Shown here: one piece after another, positions 12,298-26,659 of the stretch
How positions within the stretch are numbered: the first letter of the stretch is position 1
How the letters are laid out: each line of letters opens with the position of its first letter
Assembly (NCBI RefSeq): GCF_963921235.1
Contig: NC_086097.1
Coordinates: forward strand, 214,460,001 to 214,524,000
Length of the DNA stretch: 64,000 nt
From: Mobula hypostoma
Taxonomy: Eukaryota
Reading direction: 5' to 3'
Made by a program: the position numbers and the translations under genes
The notes under the pieces: model-generated
What the model saw: the letters and a program-made list of their open reading frames with translations, nothing else
Told to the model about the DNA's origin: nothing
The model's database searches: none

Positions 12298-13894
12298 TAG
12301 ACCTCCAGCTTCCTCCTCCTGTAGTCTCTGTCTATGACTTTTATTAACCCAATTTGTATTGTCCCATTTACAGGCTCTTTTATTGCCCCGGAATATAATC
12401 ATTTCACAAATGGCATCTGTTCCTCCAGCCAAGACTGTCATCACCCCCCTTCTGCAATATGTACACATTATTAGAACTGCAGTTGAGGAATTGTTTAGAC
12501 TGCAGTAGTGTTACATTTAGTAGGGCTCTGACATCACAGGTACATAGTTGTGTGCTTAAGTTCAACTTCAGCATATGAAGAACAGTGGTCTCTACTTAGG
12601 TGCTGTCCATGGTCCTGTCAGCATTCTAAACTCTCTAATATATCACTTTGCATCATTGCAAGGGAGTGGAAAGGATTTTAAAAAAATAATGTTCAGGTCT
12701 TTTATTTCCAAATAATACTGGAACAGATTGGCAGGGTATTGTCAGATTTTTGTGTGAGGTTTATGTTTGCAAATTACTGGCTGTGTTTAATGCAATTTAA
12801 AAGTGACTCAACTAGCCTTAGTTCATTATTGGCAAAATGCTTTGAAACCAAGTGAAGCTGAGAAAGATATTATCCAAATGCCTATTTTCATTTTTTTGCT
12901 TCTTGGTCTTTAAAGTCTATCTTATTTTCCAAATTTTTGTATTATTATCTTATGTGGCTCAGTATCAGTGTTATCTCTGGAACTCAGGTGATTTAGCTTG
13001 ATTTATGTCACAGGTGAAATGGCAGGCAGAGACACTAAGTAGTGCCTATTCTCTCTCCAGTTAGCTGCTCCAAGTATCCTTGTTGTCAAACATCCAAGTG
13101 CTAATCAACTTGAATATACATTGCTACTAAAATTAGGTACTTTCAACCTTGTACCAACAGGCACTGTAATAAAATATTCCATAAATACACATTGCTGTTG
13201 AACCTATTGCTAGCCATCACTGCCAAGACATTACATTGGTATAATTACCATTTGATAATTACCATATGATTCCATATGGCTGGAATAAACAAGCATCAAG
13301 CATTCTGCAAATTTTCCTGATCTCATGTTTAATCTGATTGACCGGCACTCAGTTATTTAGAGAAGTTGGAGATATTAGTAAAGTGCAAAGCATAGTGTCA
13401 TATGTAACCTTGTAAATTAACCTGCTTATTATGAGCAATAACTGAAAGGGTGGTTGAAAAGTACCTGAATGAGCACTTAGCATGAAATCACTTACAAACC
13501 AAGAATAGGAAAGTGGGTATAGTCTCCATAGGTTAATAATGCGATATCCTGGGCCACATCACTTCCTTCTGCATTATAAATTTTCATTAACCTGCAATTC
13601 TATGAATACTATAAAAATACAAAATTCAACCCTTATGACAATTTAGCTCTTTGTATTAACATACTGTAGAATACTAAGTTACTCGGTATCACATGTATTT
13701 TTCTAACACTATTGTGGTGGGTTCCAAGTCTTTATTATACTCTTAAGGAAGACCTAAGCATAGGGGTTCCTAATGAGAACAGACAAAAGAACAAAGATTG
13801 AGCTACATTTATCTACTCAGCTTGACATCTACAACATTGAGCTTAATGAGTTAGTGATGAGGAGCAGAATTTTTAATCAGTTCCCTCCGTATAA

Positions 13895-14135
13895 GAAAGA
13901 TATGCATTCATATGTGGCTTTAATGATCCTGAGCCATCTTGTAATAAGTGAGATAATTGAGCAGTTAATTTGTAAAAAAATATTGAGTAAGAATAAATAA
14001 GAATAAGAATAAATATTGGCCAAAATATCAGAAAAGACACTTTTGCTCTTCTTCAAACTCTCATCTTCCTGAGATGCAAGACAGACCTTGGATTATATCA
14101 TCTTCAAAAGATGGTAACAGTACAGTGTATTTTGG
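13895..14135 (-). mobile_element. Ancient DeuSINE (SacSINE1/AmnSINE1-like) fragment
   Basis: AAATATTGGCCAAAATATCAG...TGCTCTTCTTCAAA...CCTGAGATGCAAGACAGACCTTGG...TCTTCAAAAGATGG resembles the Deu-domain reverse strand (recalled consensus). Confidence 0.5.
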
Positions 14136-14969
14136 AATAATACAAGAGACAGAGAGTTAAAGTGGGAAGATGAAGAGTATTTTCAGTACCTAGATTTTCA
14201 AATATTATGTTTCATGGAGATAAAAGAATGTGAGTCCTCATGTATTCCTTTGTTATGCTGCAGAGGAAAAATGAAAAAGTGGGGTGGGGAGAAAGGATTA
14301 GTAATACAGATTCATTGAACAAATCAGGAAATAGTTGGGTTTCTGTTCACCAAAGCAAGTGACCTTTGTTATCAGTGGGAGGAATCATTGTGAGGTGATT
14401 GTGCTTGAGGGCATCAACTATGAACTCCTGTGACAACCTCGAAGCAGCATTGACAGTGCAAAACAGATAAAAACTCCCTTAGCAATAGATTTACGCAGCT
14501 GCATGCAAAAGAAGGACAGGAGTTCATGAATAATGTAGCTTAGCAGTGTTTAATCAAGTGTACTGCTACTAAGGCAGTCACAGGAATCTAAAATGTCAAC
14601 AGTACAAATTGCAAACCTAACATTGGAAAGTGGTTTTGATTTCTATCAGCCAATGTTTGTCTCAGTTTTCCTCTGATTTTCTTGAAAATTATAGAAGTGA
14701 AGCTTTATTTATTCTGGATATCAGTGTGTATGTCCAACATTTCCTTCATTGTGCCCATTTTGTCAATGAATTGGTGATTTATCCATGGTCATCACTTGCA
14801 AAGCTTGCAAACCACTAACAAAAACATGAAAAGGATTTAAAAAGTTATCTGGAATATAAATTGACCCTTTTCTTGACCAATTTTTTGATTTGAAAAACTA
14901 CTATCCTAAGGAAAAATATCATGCATTCTGTTCTTCATATCCTTTCTTTCTCTCGGATTGTATGTCATA

Positions 14970-17900
14970 AGTCAATGTAAATTTATTATCAAAGGACACA
15001 TACGTCACTGAATACTACACTGAGATACATTTACCTGAAGCTATTCCCAGCAGAACAACGAAATACAAAAGAATCAATGACAAACTACACACAAAGTTTG
15101 ACAACCGGCAGCCCAATAAGTGGCAGGAGCAGCACACAGCAAAGATGTTACTCACAGGTTGGCGCCACTTGTTTAAAAGGAGAAATCCGTGGGCATTCAG
15201 TGTCAATCTGGCAGCAGGTGGATGTAGTTGAGAACTGAATGTCCAAGGTAATGCATTGTATTGGAGGGGATGGGAAAGTAGGTGAGGAGAATGACTTCAT
15301 ATCATTGGAAAGATGTGACATAGGATTAGAAGATGTTGAATCCTTGTAGGTTGATTTAAGAAACTGCAGGGGTAAAAGGACCCTGATGGCAGTTATATAC
15401 AGGCCTCCAAACAGCAGCTGGGATGTGGACTACAGATTACAACAGGAAATAGAAAAAGCGTGTCAAAAGGGGAATGTTATGGTAGTCATGGGAGATTGTA
15501 ACATGCAGGTAGATTGGAAAAATTAGGTTGGTAATGGATCTCAAGAGAGTGAATTGTTGAATTGCCTACGAGATGGCTTTTTAGAGCAGTTTGTCATTGA
15601 GCCTAATAGGGGATCAGCTATTCTGGATTGGGTGTTATGTTATGAACCAAAAGCAATTAGGGAGCTTAAAGTAAAGGAATTCTTTGGAGACGGTGATCAC
15701 AATATGACCGAGTTCAACTTAAAATTTGATAGGAAGAAGGTAAAGTCTGACAAAGCAGTATTACAGTGGAGTAAAGGAAATTACAGTGATATGAGAGGGG
15801 AGTTGGCCAAAGTGAATTGGCAGGGATAACAGCAGAGCAGCAATGGCTGAGTCTCTGGGAAAAATGTGGAAGGTACAGGATATATGTATTCCAAAAACAA
15901 AGAAATACTCAAATGGCAAAGTGGTATAACTGTGGCTGACAAGGGAGGTCAAAGCTAACCTAAAAACAGAAGAGAGGATACACAACAAAGCAACAATTAG
16001 CCAGAAGATGGAGGATTAGGAGCTTTTTAAAAACCTACAGTAACCTACAAAAGAATCATTAGGGGGGAAAAGATGAAATATGAAAGCAAGCTAACAAATA
16101 ATTTCAAGGTGGAGAGAAAGAGCATTTTCAAGTTTAGAAAAAAATAAAAGAGAGATGAGAGTAGATATAGGACCACTAGAAAATGAAGCCAGAAAAATAA
16201 TAATGGGGGACAAGGAGATGGCAGATGAACTAAATGAATATTTTGGATTAGTCTTCACTGTGGAAGACAGTAGCAGTGTACCAGGTGTTGAAGGTGTGAA
16301 GGAAGAAGAGTGAATGTAGTTACTATTACAAGGGAGAAGGTGCTCAAAAAACTGAAAGACATAAGGGTACATAAGTCACCTGCGCCATATGAACTGCGCC
16401 CTAGGGTTCTGAAAGAGTTATCAGTAGAGATTGTGGAGGCATTAGTAAGGATCTTTCAGGAATCCCTGGATTCTAGCATTGTTCTGGGGGACTGGAAAAT
16501 TGCAAATGTCTACTCCACTGTTTAAGAAAGGAAGGAGGCAGCAAAAAGGAAATTACAGACTAGTTAACCTGACCTCAGTGATTGGGAAGATGTTGGAGTC
16601 AATTGTTAAGTATGAGGTTATGGAGTATTTGGTGACACAAGACAAGATAGGACAAAGTCAGGCATGGTTTCCTTAAGAGAAGATTTTGCCTGACATGCCT
16701 GTTGGAATTCTTTGAGGAGATTACAAGTAGAATAGATTAAGGAATGTAGTGGATGTTGTATATCTGGATTTTCAGAAGGCCTTTGACAAGGTGCCACACG
16801 TGAGGCTGCTTCCCAAGTTAGGAGCCCGTGGTATTACAGGAAAGTTACTAACATGGTTAGAGCAATGGCTGATTGGTAGGAGGCAGCGAGTGGGAATAAA
16901 AGCATCCATTTCTCATTGGCTGCCAGTGACTAGCGGTATTCTGCAGGTGTCAGTGTTGAGACCGTTTCTTTTTATGCTGTAGATCAATGATTTAGATGAT
17001 GGAAAGATAGCTTTGTTGCCAAGTTTGCAGATGATACAAAGATTTGTGGAGGGGCAGGGTATGTTAAGGAAACAAGAAGGCTGCAGAAGGACTTACACAA
17101 GGAGAATGGGCAACAAAGCGGCAAATGAAATACAATGTTGGAAAATTCATGGTCATGCACTTTGGTAGAAGAAATAAATGAGCAGAGGATTTTCTAAACA
17201 GGGAGAAAATCCAAAAATCTGAGGTGCAAAGGGACTTGGGAGTCCTTGTGCAGAATACCCTAAAAGTTAGCTTGCAGGTTGATTTGGTGGTGAGAAAGGC
17301 AGATGCAATGTTAGCGTTCATTTCAAAAGGTCTAGAATATAAGAGCAGGAATTTGATGCTGAGGCTTTATAAGGCACTGCTGAGGCCTCACCTTGAGTAT
17401 TGTAAACAGTTTTGAGATCCGTATCTAAAAAAAAATGTGCTGGCATTGGAGAGGGTTCAGAGGAAGTTCACAAGGATGATTCCGGGACTGAATACGAGGA
17501 ATATTTGATTGCTCTGGGTCTGTACTCACTGGAATTCAGAAGGATGAGTAGGATTCTCATTGAAACCTTTTGAATGTGGAAAGGCCTAGACAGATTAGAT
17601 GTGGATAGGATGTTTCACATGTCAGAAGAATCTAGGACAAGAGGGTACAGCCTCAGGAGAGAGGGGTGTCCATTTAAAAAAAAGATGCCGAGAAATTTCT
17701 TTAGCCAGAGTGTAGTAAATTTGTGGCATTTGTCATAACAGGTGGCTGTGGAGGCCAGGTTGTTGGGTGTATTTAAGGTGGAGATTGATAGGTTCTTGAT
17801 TGGCCACAGCATCAAACATTATGCAGAGAAGGCTGGGGAGTGGGATTGAGGAGGAGAAAAAAGAATCTGCCATGATTGGATGGCGGAGCAGTCTCGATGG

Positions 17901-18550
17901 GCCAAGTGGACTCATTCTGCTCCTATATCTTGTGGTCTTATGGTCAACCAATGTGCAAAAGAAGGCAAATTGTGCAAATACAAAGAAAGTAAAATAAAAG
18001 TAAATAATATAGAGAATATAAATTGTAGAGTCCTTGAATGTGAGTCAATAGGTTGTTTTCAATGATCATTTCAGTGTGAAGTGAGTGAAATTAGCCATGC
18101 TGGTTCAGACCTGATGGTTGAAGCATCATACCTGAACCTGGTGGTCTGGGACCTAAGGTTCCTGTGCCTCCTTCCTGATGGAGCAGTGAGAAGAGAGCAT
18201 GGCCTGGACGGTGGGGATCCTTGTTGATGGACTATCTTGAGATTCATTTTCTTGCAGTCATTTACAGGAAAGTAAAGAAGTACAATATAATTTACGCAAA
18301 AGAAAAAATGTGCAAATATAAACAAGGAAATAACTAATAGTGAGAATGTGAGTTGCAGAGTCATTGGAAGTGAATCTACACTGGTTGTGGACTAATTCAG
18401 TGTTGAGATGTGTGAAGTTATCCACACTGTTTCAGAAGACTGATGATTGTAGGGTCATAACTGTTCCTGCAGCTGGTGGTGTAGGCCGGATGATGGGGGT
18501 CCTTCATGATGGATACCACTTTCTGAGGCAGCGCACCTTGCAAATGTGAT
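14970..18550 (-). mobile_element. Rex1-like 3' fragments (14970-15106, resuming 17945-18550) split by a CR1 insertion
   Basis: Tail sequence ...GACAACC|AATGTGCAAAAG is continuous across the CR1; SGRRHRNLRSQTTRFR motif near 18130-18180. Confidence 0.75.
15107..17944 (+). mobile_element. CR1 LINE, ORF2 (EN+RT) with many stops/frameshifts, 5-bp TSD CAACC
   Basis: [65 protein letters not shown] at 15102-15106 and 17945-17949. Confidence 0.92.
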
Positions 18551-21500
18551 CACATTCAAGGACTGTACTCCATTTATTTAGTACTCTGAAACTATGTTGA
18601 TTTCTCCTTGAGTATACAATCTGCAGTGAAATATCTGTAATTCAGACCTAAATCTCTGTCTTCCAGTACTGACCTGTTGCTATATCTGGCATAATATGTA
18701 AATGCTATTGCCATTGGATGAGGTTTAGGCAGTCTCTGTGGTAATTTGAAACTGATTATCAGACCCATTGCACAATTAAGGTCTCTTCGAGCAACTGGGT
18801 TGCCTAATACTTGAATTTCTCACAGCAGAATCAGTCACTGCCTAAATGATAGGTTTACCATGGACCCAACAGACAATGCAGGAGGCGGGGAGGTCAATCT
18901 GCAAAGAAATATAGAATATGTGAAAACAAAACAGATTATTTTAATAAATCAGATATAAATTGGGACAGGCCAAGTAGTTTGGAGTCAGAGCTGCAATGTA
19001 TAATGCTTGACTGCTCTATGATTTAGTGCATGAGAGAAACTCTGGGATATGCTGCTGAACTTAGTCTAGTTCACAAAAGGTGAAGCATATACTGGAAATG
19101 GAATGGGGTCAGTAACCACTAAAAGAAAATTCTTAATGTGTTCTTGCGTGGATGACTCGAGGGCAGGAATAAGCTTTGTTTTTCTCATACCTTGTGATCT
19201 CCTCAAAAGTCTTGGGAATTGTGATCCTCACAGAACAATGCATTCTTCCACAATTTGAAAATTGTTAAGATAGTAAGACTTCTTGTAAATTGCACTCGAC
19301 TGAGCAGTTTCTTTACATTTTCACAGCCATCTTTCTTGGAGGTTTTATATTTTGTTATAAGTTTTTGTAAGAGCTTTTCATACTTTGAATTGCCTAATCA
19401 TGCCATCTGTAAAATCTGTTTTACTTCCGAGGAAGCAAAGTGATTCCTATGGATAGAAAACAAGCAATGGTATTTGCCAACGGTGATAACAAAACTGATG
19501 AAATATTTCCTTAAACTGAATGCATTTTTCAGTCTTCCACTTCCTATGAGGAAGTGGTGTTTAGATGATCACATATACTGTATACTCTTTTATCCTATAC
19601 TGGTTTTTCATTCCTATTCTACTTACTGCTTTTGCATTAAAACTAGTCTCAAATATGTTGACCAACAGCACTTTTTTCCTTTGACATTCTAACCAAGTTA
19701 AGAAGCTGGTCTGCATAAATTGGCCAATTGTAACAGGGCAGTTGCCAGCACGGACTGTCGTTTACACCCACTGGCACATAGATTTTCATTTAATCAATAT
19801 TTGAAGTGGCATTTGTTTCTGACGACTTTTTTATCTTTGGTCCTGAGGTTGGAAGTGTGAACACAGATGACTGATGATGACAATCAAAACTCACATTTTA
19901 AATTCAATTGACTCAAATCCTGGGAAAGACTTGTGAATTGAATGTTGTATTCACAGATCCCCAGTTATTTAGGTGGTGGAGTAAGTGATCTCTGCAGATA
20001 AATTCAGACAAATGTCTGTTGTAACTAAATGCAGCATTCACTTCCAAAGCAGGCTGAAAACATTCCAGGCCAACGTATAACAGGTGGCAGGTTTAAAGCA
20101 GTGTTGCTTTAATCATGCTGCACAACTAGATAGGAGAAATCAAGCTCTAAGCTCATGATGTTTCCCGGCACATACTGTGTATTTTGTTCTGTGAATTGCA
20201 CAAAGAAAATCAATAATTTCATTTTTGCTTCTAGGTTTGCAAGGACAATTTGTAAATTTGATTTGGAAACCGTCTTTATTGTGCCAAAGTGCTCAGGTAT
20301 AATTTGACACAAATTGAAAAACAGAGTGAAAATGGAAATTAGAATAATTTGATTTGAACATTAAAAAACTGCCTGGAAATTAAATTTCCCCTTATTTTTC
20401 AGCACACAAAGGCATTTACTTTGCTTTTTCACAAACAACTCTATGGGCTGCCAACATTTTTCTTGACTGTTGCCTGCTCTCCGCTGTAGTCTTTTGCTGA
20501 TACCTCCCCCACCCCACCCCCCTTCAGCCCAGGGCACATCTGGCTAACAGCCTTGGGTGTGTACCAAGGACAGGTCTACAAGTCAGCCACATGTATAACT
20601 GGGATGATGAAAGCTTGCTCATTGTGAAATGGAGCAGGCTCTGCTGAATTTGGTATTGCTGTACTTGATTTGGTATTTGATATTGGTATTGGGAAATGTA
20701 CTTGGTCAGTGTGAGAGTATTTTGGAGATAGTGATCATAATTCTATCTCCTTTACAATAGCATTGGAGAGAGATAGTAACAGACAAGTTAAAAAAGCATT
20801 TAATGGGAGTAAGGAGAATTATGAGGCTATCAGGCAGGAACTTGGAACCTTAAATTGGGAACAGATGTTCTCAGGGAAAGGTATGGAAGAAATGTGGCAA
20901 ATGCTCAGGGGATATTTGTGTGGAGTTCTGCATAGGTACGTTCCAATGAGACAGGGAAGTTATGGTAGAGTACAGGAACTGTGGTGTACAAAGGCTGTAG
21001 TAAATCTAGTCAAGAAGAAAAGAAAAGCTTACGAAAGGTTCAGAGAGCTAGGTAATGTTAGAGATCTAGAAGATTATAACGCTAACAGGAAGGAGCTTAA
21101 GAAGGAAATTAGGAGAGCCAGAAGGGGCATGAGAAGGCCTTGGCGGGCAGGATTAAGGAAAACCCCAAGGCATTCTACCAGTATGTGAAGAGCAAGAGGA
21201 TAAGACGTGAAAGAATAGGACCAGTCAAGTGTGACAGTGGAAAAGTGTGTATGAAACCAGAGGAAATAACAGAGGTACTTAATGAATACTGTACTTCAGT
21301 ATTCACTATGGAAAAAGATCTTAGTGATTGTAGTGATGACTTGCAGCGGACTGAAAAGCTTGAGCATGTAGTTATTAAGAAAGAGGACGTGCTGGACCTT
21401 TTGGAAAGCATCAAATTGGATAAGTTGCTGGGACTGGATGAGGTGTACCCTAGGCTACTGTGGGAGGTGAGGGAGGAGATTGTGGAGCCTCTGGCAATGA

Positions 21501-21686
21501 TCTTTGCATCATCAATGAGGATGGGAGAGATCCCGGAGGATTGGAGGGTTGCGGATGTTGTTCCCTTATTCAAGAAAGGGAGTAAAGATAGCCCAGGAAA
21601 TTATAGACCAGTGAGTCTAACTTCAGTGGTTGGTAAGGTGATGGAGAAGATCCTGAGAGGCAGGATTCATGAACGTTTGGAGAGGT

Positions 21687-24600
21687 ATAGAAACATAGAA
21701 ACATAGAAAATAGGTGCAGGAGTAGGCCATTCGGCCCTTCGAGCCTGCACCGCCATTTATTATGATCATGGCTGATCATCCAACTCAGAACCCAGCCTTC
21801 CCTCCATACCCCCTGACCCCTGTAGCCACAAGGGCCATATCTAACTTCCTTTTAAACATAGCTAATGAACTGGCCTCAACAGTTTGCTGTGGCAGAGAAT
21901 TCCACAGATTCACCACTCTCTGTGTGAAGAAGTTTTTCCTAACCTCGGTCCTAAAAGGCTTCCCCTCTATCCTCAAACTGTGACCCCTCGTTCTAGACCT
22001 CCCCAACATCGGGAACAATCTTCCTGCATCTAGCCTGTCCAATCCCTTTAGGATCTTATACGTTTCAATCAGATCCCCCCTCAATCTTCTAAATTCCAAC
22101 GAGTACAAGCCCAGTTCATCCAGTCTTTCTTCATATGAAAGACCTGCCATCCCAGGAATCAATCTGGTGAACCTTCTTTGTACTCCCTCTATGGCAAAGA
22201 TGTCTTTCCTCAGATTAGGGGACCAAAACTGCACACAATACTCCAGGTGTGGTCTCACCAAGGCCTTGTACAACTGCAGTAGTACCTCCCTGCTCCTGTA
22301 CTCGAATCCTCTCGCTATAAATGCCAGCATACCGTTCGCCTTTTTCACCGCCTGCTGTACCTGCATGCCCACTTTCAATGACTGGTGTATAATGACACCC
22401 AGGTCTCGTTGCACCTCCCCTTTTCCTAATCGGCCACCATTCAGATAATAATCTGTTTTCCTATTTTTGCCACCAAAGTGGATAACTTCACATTTATCCA
22501 CATTAAATTGCATCTGCCATGAGTTTGCCCACTCACCCAACCTATCCAAGTCACCCTGCATCCTCTTAGCATCCTCCTCACTGCTAACACTGCCACCCAG
22601 CTTCGTGTCATCCGCAAACTTGGAGATGCTGCATTTAATTCCCTCATCCAAGTCATTAATATATATTGTAAACAACTGGGGTCCCAGCACTGAGCCTTGC
22701 GGTACCCCACTAGTCACCGCCTGCCATTCTGAAAAGGTCCCGTTTATTCCCACTCTTTGCTTCCTGTCTGCTAACCAATTCTCCACCCACACCAATACCT
22801 TACCCCCAATACCGTGTGCTTTAAGTTTGCACACTAATCTCCTATGTGGGACCTTGTCAAAAGCCTTTTGAAAATCCAAATATACCACATCCACTGGTTC
22901 TCCCCTATCCACTCTACTAGTTACATCCTCAAAAAACTCTATGAGATTCGTCAGACATGATTTTCCTTTCACAAATCCATGCTGACTTTGTCCGATCATT
23001 TCACCGCTTTCCAAATGTGCTGTTATCACATCCTTGATAACTGACTCCAGCAGTTTCCCCACCACCGACGTTAGGCTAACCGGCCTATAATTCCCCGGTT
23101 TCTCTCTCCCTCCTTTTTTAAAAAGTGGGGTTACATTAGCCACCCTCCAATCCTCAGGAACTAGTCCAGAATCTAACGAGTTTTGAAAAATTATCACTAA
23201 TGCATCCACTATTTCTTGGGCCACTTCCTTAAGCACTCTGGGATGCAGACCATCTGGCCCTGGGGATTTATCTGCCTTCAATCCCTTCAATTTACCTAAC
23301 ACCACTTCCCTACTAACATGTATTTCGCTCAGTTCCTCCATCTCACTGGACCCTCTGTCCCTTACTATTTCTGGAAGATTATTTATGTCCTCCTTAGTGA
23401 AGACAGAACCAAAGTAATTATTCAATTGGTCTGCCATGTCCTTGCTCCCCATAATCAATTCACCTGTTTCTGTTTGCAGGGGACCTACATTTGTCTTTAT
23501 CAGTCTTTTCCTTTTTACATATCTATAAAAGCTTTTACAGTCCGTTTTTATGTTCTCTGCCAGTTTTCTCTCATAATCTTTTTTCCCCTTCCTAATTAAG
23601 CCCTTTGTCCTCCTCTGCTGAACTCTGAATTTCTCCCAGTCCTCAGGTGAGCCACTTTCTCTGGCTAATTTGTATGCTACTTCTTTGGAATTGATACTAT
23701 CCCTAATTTCTCTTGTCAGCCACGGGTGCACTACCTTCCTTGATTTATTCTTTTGCCAAACTGGGATGAACAATTGTTGTAGTTCATCCATGCAACCTTT
23801 AAATGCCTGCCATTGCATATCCACCGTCAATCCTTGAAGTGTCATTTGCCAGTCTATCTTAGCTAATTCATGTCTCATACCTTCAAAGTTACCCCTCTTT
23901 AAGTTCAGAACCTTTGTTTCTGAATTAACTACGTCACTCTCCATGTTAATGAAGAATTCCACCATATTATGGTCACTCTTACCCAAGGGGCCTCTCACGA
24001 CAAGATCGCTAATTAACCCTTCCTCATTGCTCAAAACCCAGTCCAGAATAGCCTGCTCTCTAGTCGGTTCCTCGACATGTTGGTTCAAAAAACCATCCCG
24101 CATACATTCCAAGAAATCCTCTTCCTCAGCACCTTTACCAATTTGGTTCACCCAGTCTACATGTAGATTGAAGTCACCCATTATAACTGCTGTTCCTTTA
24201 TTGCACACATTTCTAATTTCCTGTTTAATACCATCTCCGACCTCACTACTACTGTTAGGTGGCCTGTACACAACTCCCACCAGCGTCTTCTGCCCCTTAG
24301 TGTTACGCAGCTCTACCCATATCGATTCCACATCTTCCCGGCTTATGTCCTTCCTTTCTATTGCGTTAATCTCTTTTTTAACCAGCAACGCCACCCCACC
24401 TCCCCTTCCTTCGTGTCTATCCCTCCTGAATATTGAATATCCCTGAACGTTGAGCTCCCATCCCTGGTCACCCTGGAGCCATGTCTCTGTGATCCCAACT
24501 ATATCATAATCATTAATAACAATCTGCACTTTCAATTCATCCACCTTATTACGAATGCTCCTTGCATTGACACATAAAGCCTTCAGGCACTCTTTTACAA

Positions 24601-24729
24601 CTCTCTTAGCCCTTTTTAATGCTTGCCCTGGATTTGTCGGCCTGCCACTTTTACTTTTCCCCTTTGTACTTTTTGCTTCTACGCTCACTTTACACCCCTC
24701 TGTCTCTCTGCACTGGTTCCCATCCCTCC
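21687..24729 (-). mobile_element. Young CR1 LINE, truncated at the ORF1/ORF2 junction, with complete 3' end
   Basis: (GTTTCTAT)n tail at 21687-21708, 3' stem-loop region, and an open ORF2 to the 5' junction. Confidence 0.97.
21785..24688 (-). CDS. CR1 ORF2: APE endonuclease + reverse transcriptase, uninterrupted (967 aa; listed start codon is GTG, frame stays open to ~24727)
   Basis: APE motifs NARSI, ITETW, YRPP, GDFN, LDWVL, SDH. RT motifs [41 protein letters not shown]. Confidence 0.97.
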   Translation of the reverse strand: MSVEAKSTKGKSKSGRPTNPGQALKRAKRVVKECLKALCVNARSIRNKVDELKVQIVINDYDIVGITETWLQGDQGWELNVQGYSIFRRDRHEGRGGGVALLVKKEINAIERKDISREDVESIWVELRNTKGQKTLVGVVYRPPNSSSEVGDGIKQEIRNVCNKGTAVIMGDFNLHVDWVNQIGKGAEEEDFLECMRDGFLNQHVEEPTREQAILDWVLSNEEGLISDLVVRGPLGKSDHNMVEFFINMESDVVNSETKVLNLKRGNFEGMRHELAKIDWQMTLQGLTVDMQWQAFKGCMDELQQLFIPVWQKNKSRKVVHPWLTREIRDSINSKEVAYKLARESGSPEDWEKFRVQQRRTKGLIRKGKKDYERKLAENIKTDCKSFYRYVKRKRLIKTNVGPLQTETGELIMGSKDMADQLNNYFGSVFTKEDINNLPEIVRDRGSSEMEELSEIHVSREVVLGKLKGLKADKSPGPDGLHPRVLKEVAQEIVDALVIIFQNSLDSGLVPEDWRVANVTPLFKKGGREKPGNYRPVSLTSVVGKLLESVIKDVITAHLESGEMIGQSQHGFVKGKSCLTNLIEFFEDVTSRVDRGEPVDVVYLDFQKAFDKVPHRRLVCKLKAHGIGGKVLVWVENWLADRKQRVGINGTFSEWQAVTSGVPQGSVLGPQLFTIYINDLDEGIKCSISKFADDTKLGGSVSSEEDAKRMQGDLDRLGEWANSWQMQFNVDKCEVIHFGGKNRKTDYYLNGGRLGKGEVQRDLGVIIHQSLKVGMQVQQAVKKANGMLAFIARGFEYRSREVLLQLYKALVRPHLEYCVQFWSPNLRKDIFAIEGVQRRFTRLIPGMAGLSYEERLDELGLYSLEFRRLRGDLIETYKILKGLDRLDAGRLFPMLGRSRTRGHSLRIEGKPFRTEVRKNFFTQRVVNLWNSLPQQTVEASSLAMFKRKLDMALVATGVRGYGGKAGF

Positions 24730-26659
24730 TAATAATGATTAGGAATAGTCAGCATGGCTTTGTCAAGGGCAGGTCATGCCTTACGAGCCTGATTGAATTT
24801 TTTGAGGATATGACTAAACACATTGACGAAGGAAGAGCAGTAGATGTAGTGGATATGGATTTCAGCAAGGCATTTGATAAGATACCCCATGTGAGGCTTA
24901 TTGAGAGAGTAAGGAGGCATGGAATCCAAGGGGACATTGCTTTGTGGATCCAGAACTGGCTTGCCCACAGAAGGCAAGGAGTGGTTGTAAACGGGTTATA
25001 TTCTGCATGGAGGTCAGTCACCAGTGGTGTGCCTCAGGGATCTGTTCTGGGATCCTTACTCTCCATGATTTTTATAAATGACCTGGATGAGGAAGTGGAG
25101 GGATGGGTTAGTAAATCTGCTGATGACACAAAGGTTGGAGGTGTTGTGGATAGCGTGGAGGGCAGTCACAGTTTACAGTGGGACATTAAAAGGATGCAAA
25201 ACCGGGCTGAGAAGTGGCAGATGGAGTCAACCCAGGTAAGTGAAAAGTGGTCATTTTGGTAGGTCAAATATGATGGCAGAATATAGTATTAATGGTAAGA
25301 CTCTGGGCAGTGTGGAGGGTCAGAGGGATCTTGGGGTCCGAGTCCATAGGATGCTCAAAGCAGCTGCGCAGGTTGACTCTATGGTTAAGAAGGCATATGG
25401 TGTATTGGCCTTCATCAATTGTGGAATTGAATTTAGGAGCTGAGAGGTAATGTTGCAGCTGTATAGGACCCTTGTCAGACCCCTCTTGGAGTACTGTGCT
25501 CAGTTCTGGTTGCCTCACTACAGGAAGGATGTGGAAACCTCTGGTGCAGAGGAGATTTACAAGGATGTTGCCTGGATTGGGGAGTATGCCTTCTGAAAAC
25601 TCGGCCTTTTCTCCTTGGAGCGATGGAGAATGAGAGGTAACCTGATATAGGTGTATAAGATGATGAGAGGCATTGATCGTGTGGATAGTCAGAGGCTTTT
25701 TCCCAGGGCTGAAATGGCTAACACGAGAGGTACAGAGGAAATGTCAGGGGTAAGTGTTTTACGCAGAGAGTGGTGAGTGCGTGGGATGGACTGCCGGCAA
25801 CGGTTGTGGAGGCGGATACGATAGGGTCTTTTAAGAGACTCCTGGATAGGTACATGGAGCTCAAGAAAATAGAGGGCTATGGGTAACCCTAGTAATTTCT
25901 AAGGTAGGGACATGTTCGGCACAACTTTGTGGGCCGAAGGGCCTGTATTGTGCTGTAGGTTTTCTATGTTTTCTCTGTACAGGTACATTTTCAAGCACCA
26001 TGGCTTCCAGTCAAGTGGTGGCTGGTCACCTGAGTAAACTGGAGTAGCATAGTTTCCCCTCTTCGTAACACTTTTAGTTTTTCTCTTCCCTGTAATGTCA
26101 GAGGGAGCTGTGTATACAGAAGCCTGTTTGACTGCCAGAGCTGAGAGAGCACATCTGTTACTCTGGGTTATACAAGATCTCAAGCGAATTTGTTTGTTTC
26201 CAACTCAATACCATCAAACAAGAATTGATTCCCTCGTACACCTACAATTTTGCTTCTCCCTTTCTACTTGTCTCTTCTACCCCACTCTGCATCCCTGTGC
26301 AAATATAAATAAAACTGTACTTCTGAACATGTTGCAAAGTTTGAGCAGGTCACAGTTTTCTACAGATCCTCCCTGACTTGTTGATTATTCTTCTAGTATT
26401 TTCTGTTTCTGCCTCTCCATGAGGCTGGACTGATGAGATCTGAATTAATGGAGATTCACGACCAGTCTGTCTGTCTTTTCCCCACTACCCTCCCCAAAGC
26501 TCAGTTAACACAGCTGTCTTCCAGATGGCCTGCTCACCTCAGCCCCATTCTCCAACCCCTTAGGGAGTCTTACCCACGGCTGGAGAAGACAGCTTGTGCA
26601 AACTCCAGATGGCACAAGTCGAATATCGCTGGAGATGGTACAGCACAGAAGTCTGTTTT

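Larger units (their letters stand above)
20690..25972 (+). mobile_element. CR1 LINE (5'-truncated, frameshifted), host of the younger antisense CR1
   Basis: ORFs 20763-21188, 21140-21706 and 24730-25262 give contiguous ORF2 (PEDWRVADVVPLFKKG...HERLER | [17 protein letters not shown]). 3' end GTAGGTTTCTATG. Confidence 0.95.

Noticed and set aside
22167..24446. Plus-strand ORFs of 93-167 aa (22167, 22467, 23318, 23943)
   Set aside because: Antisense shadows of the CR1 ORF2 with no independent motifs.
24555..25262. 235-aa ORF as a gene
   Set aside because: Chance fusion of antisense young-CR1 sequence with the host CR1 RT frame across the 24729 junction.
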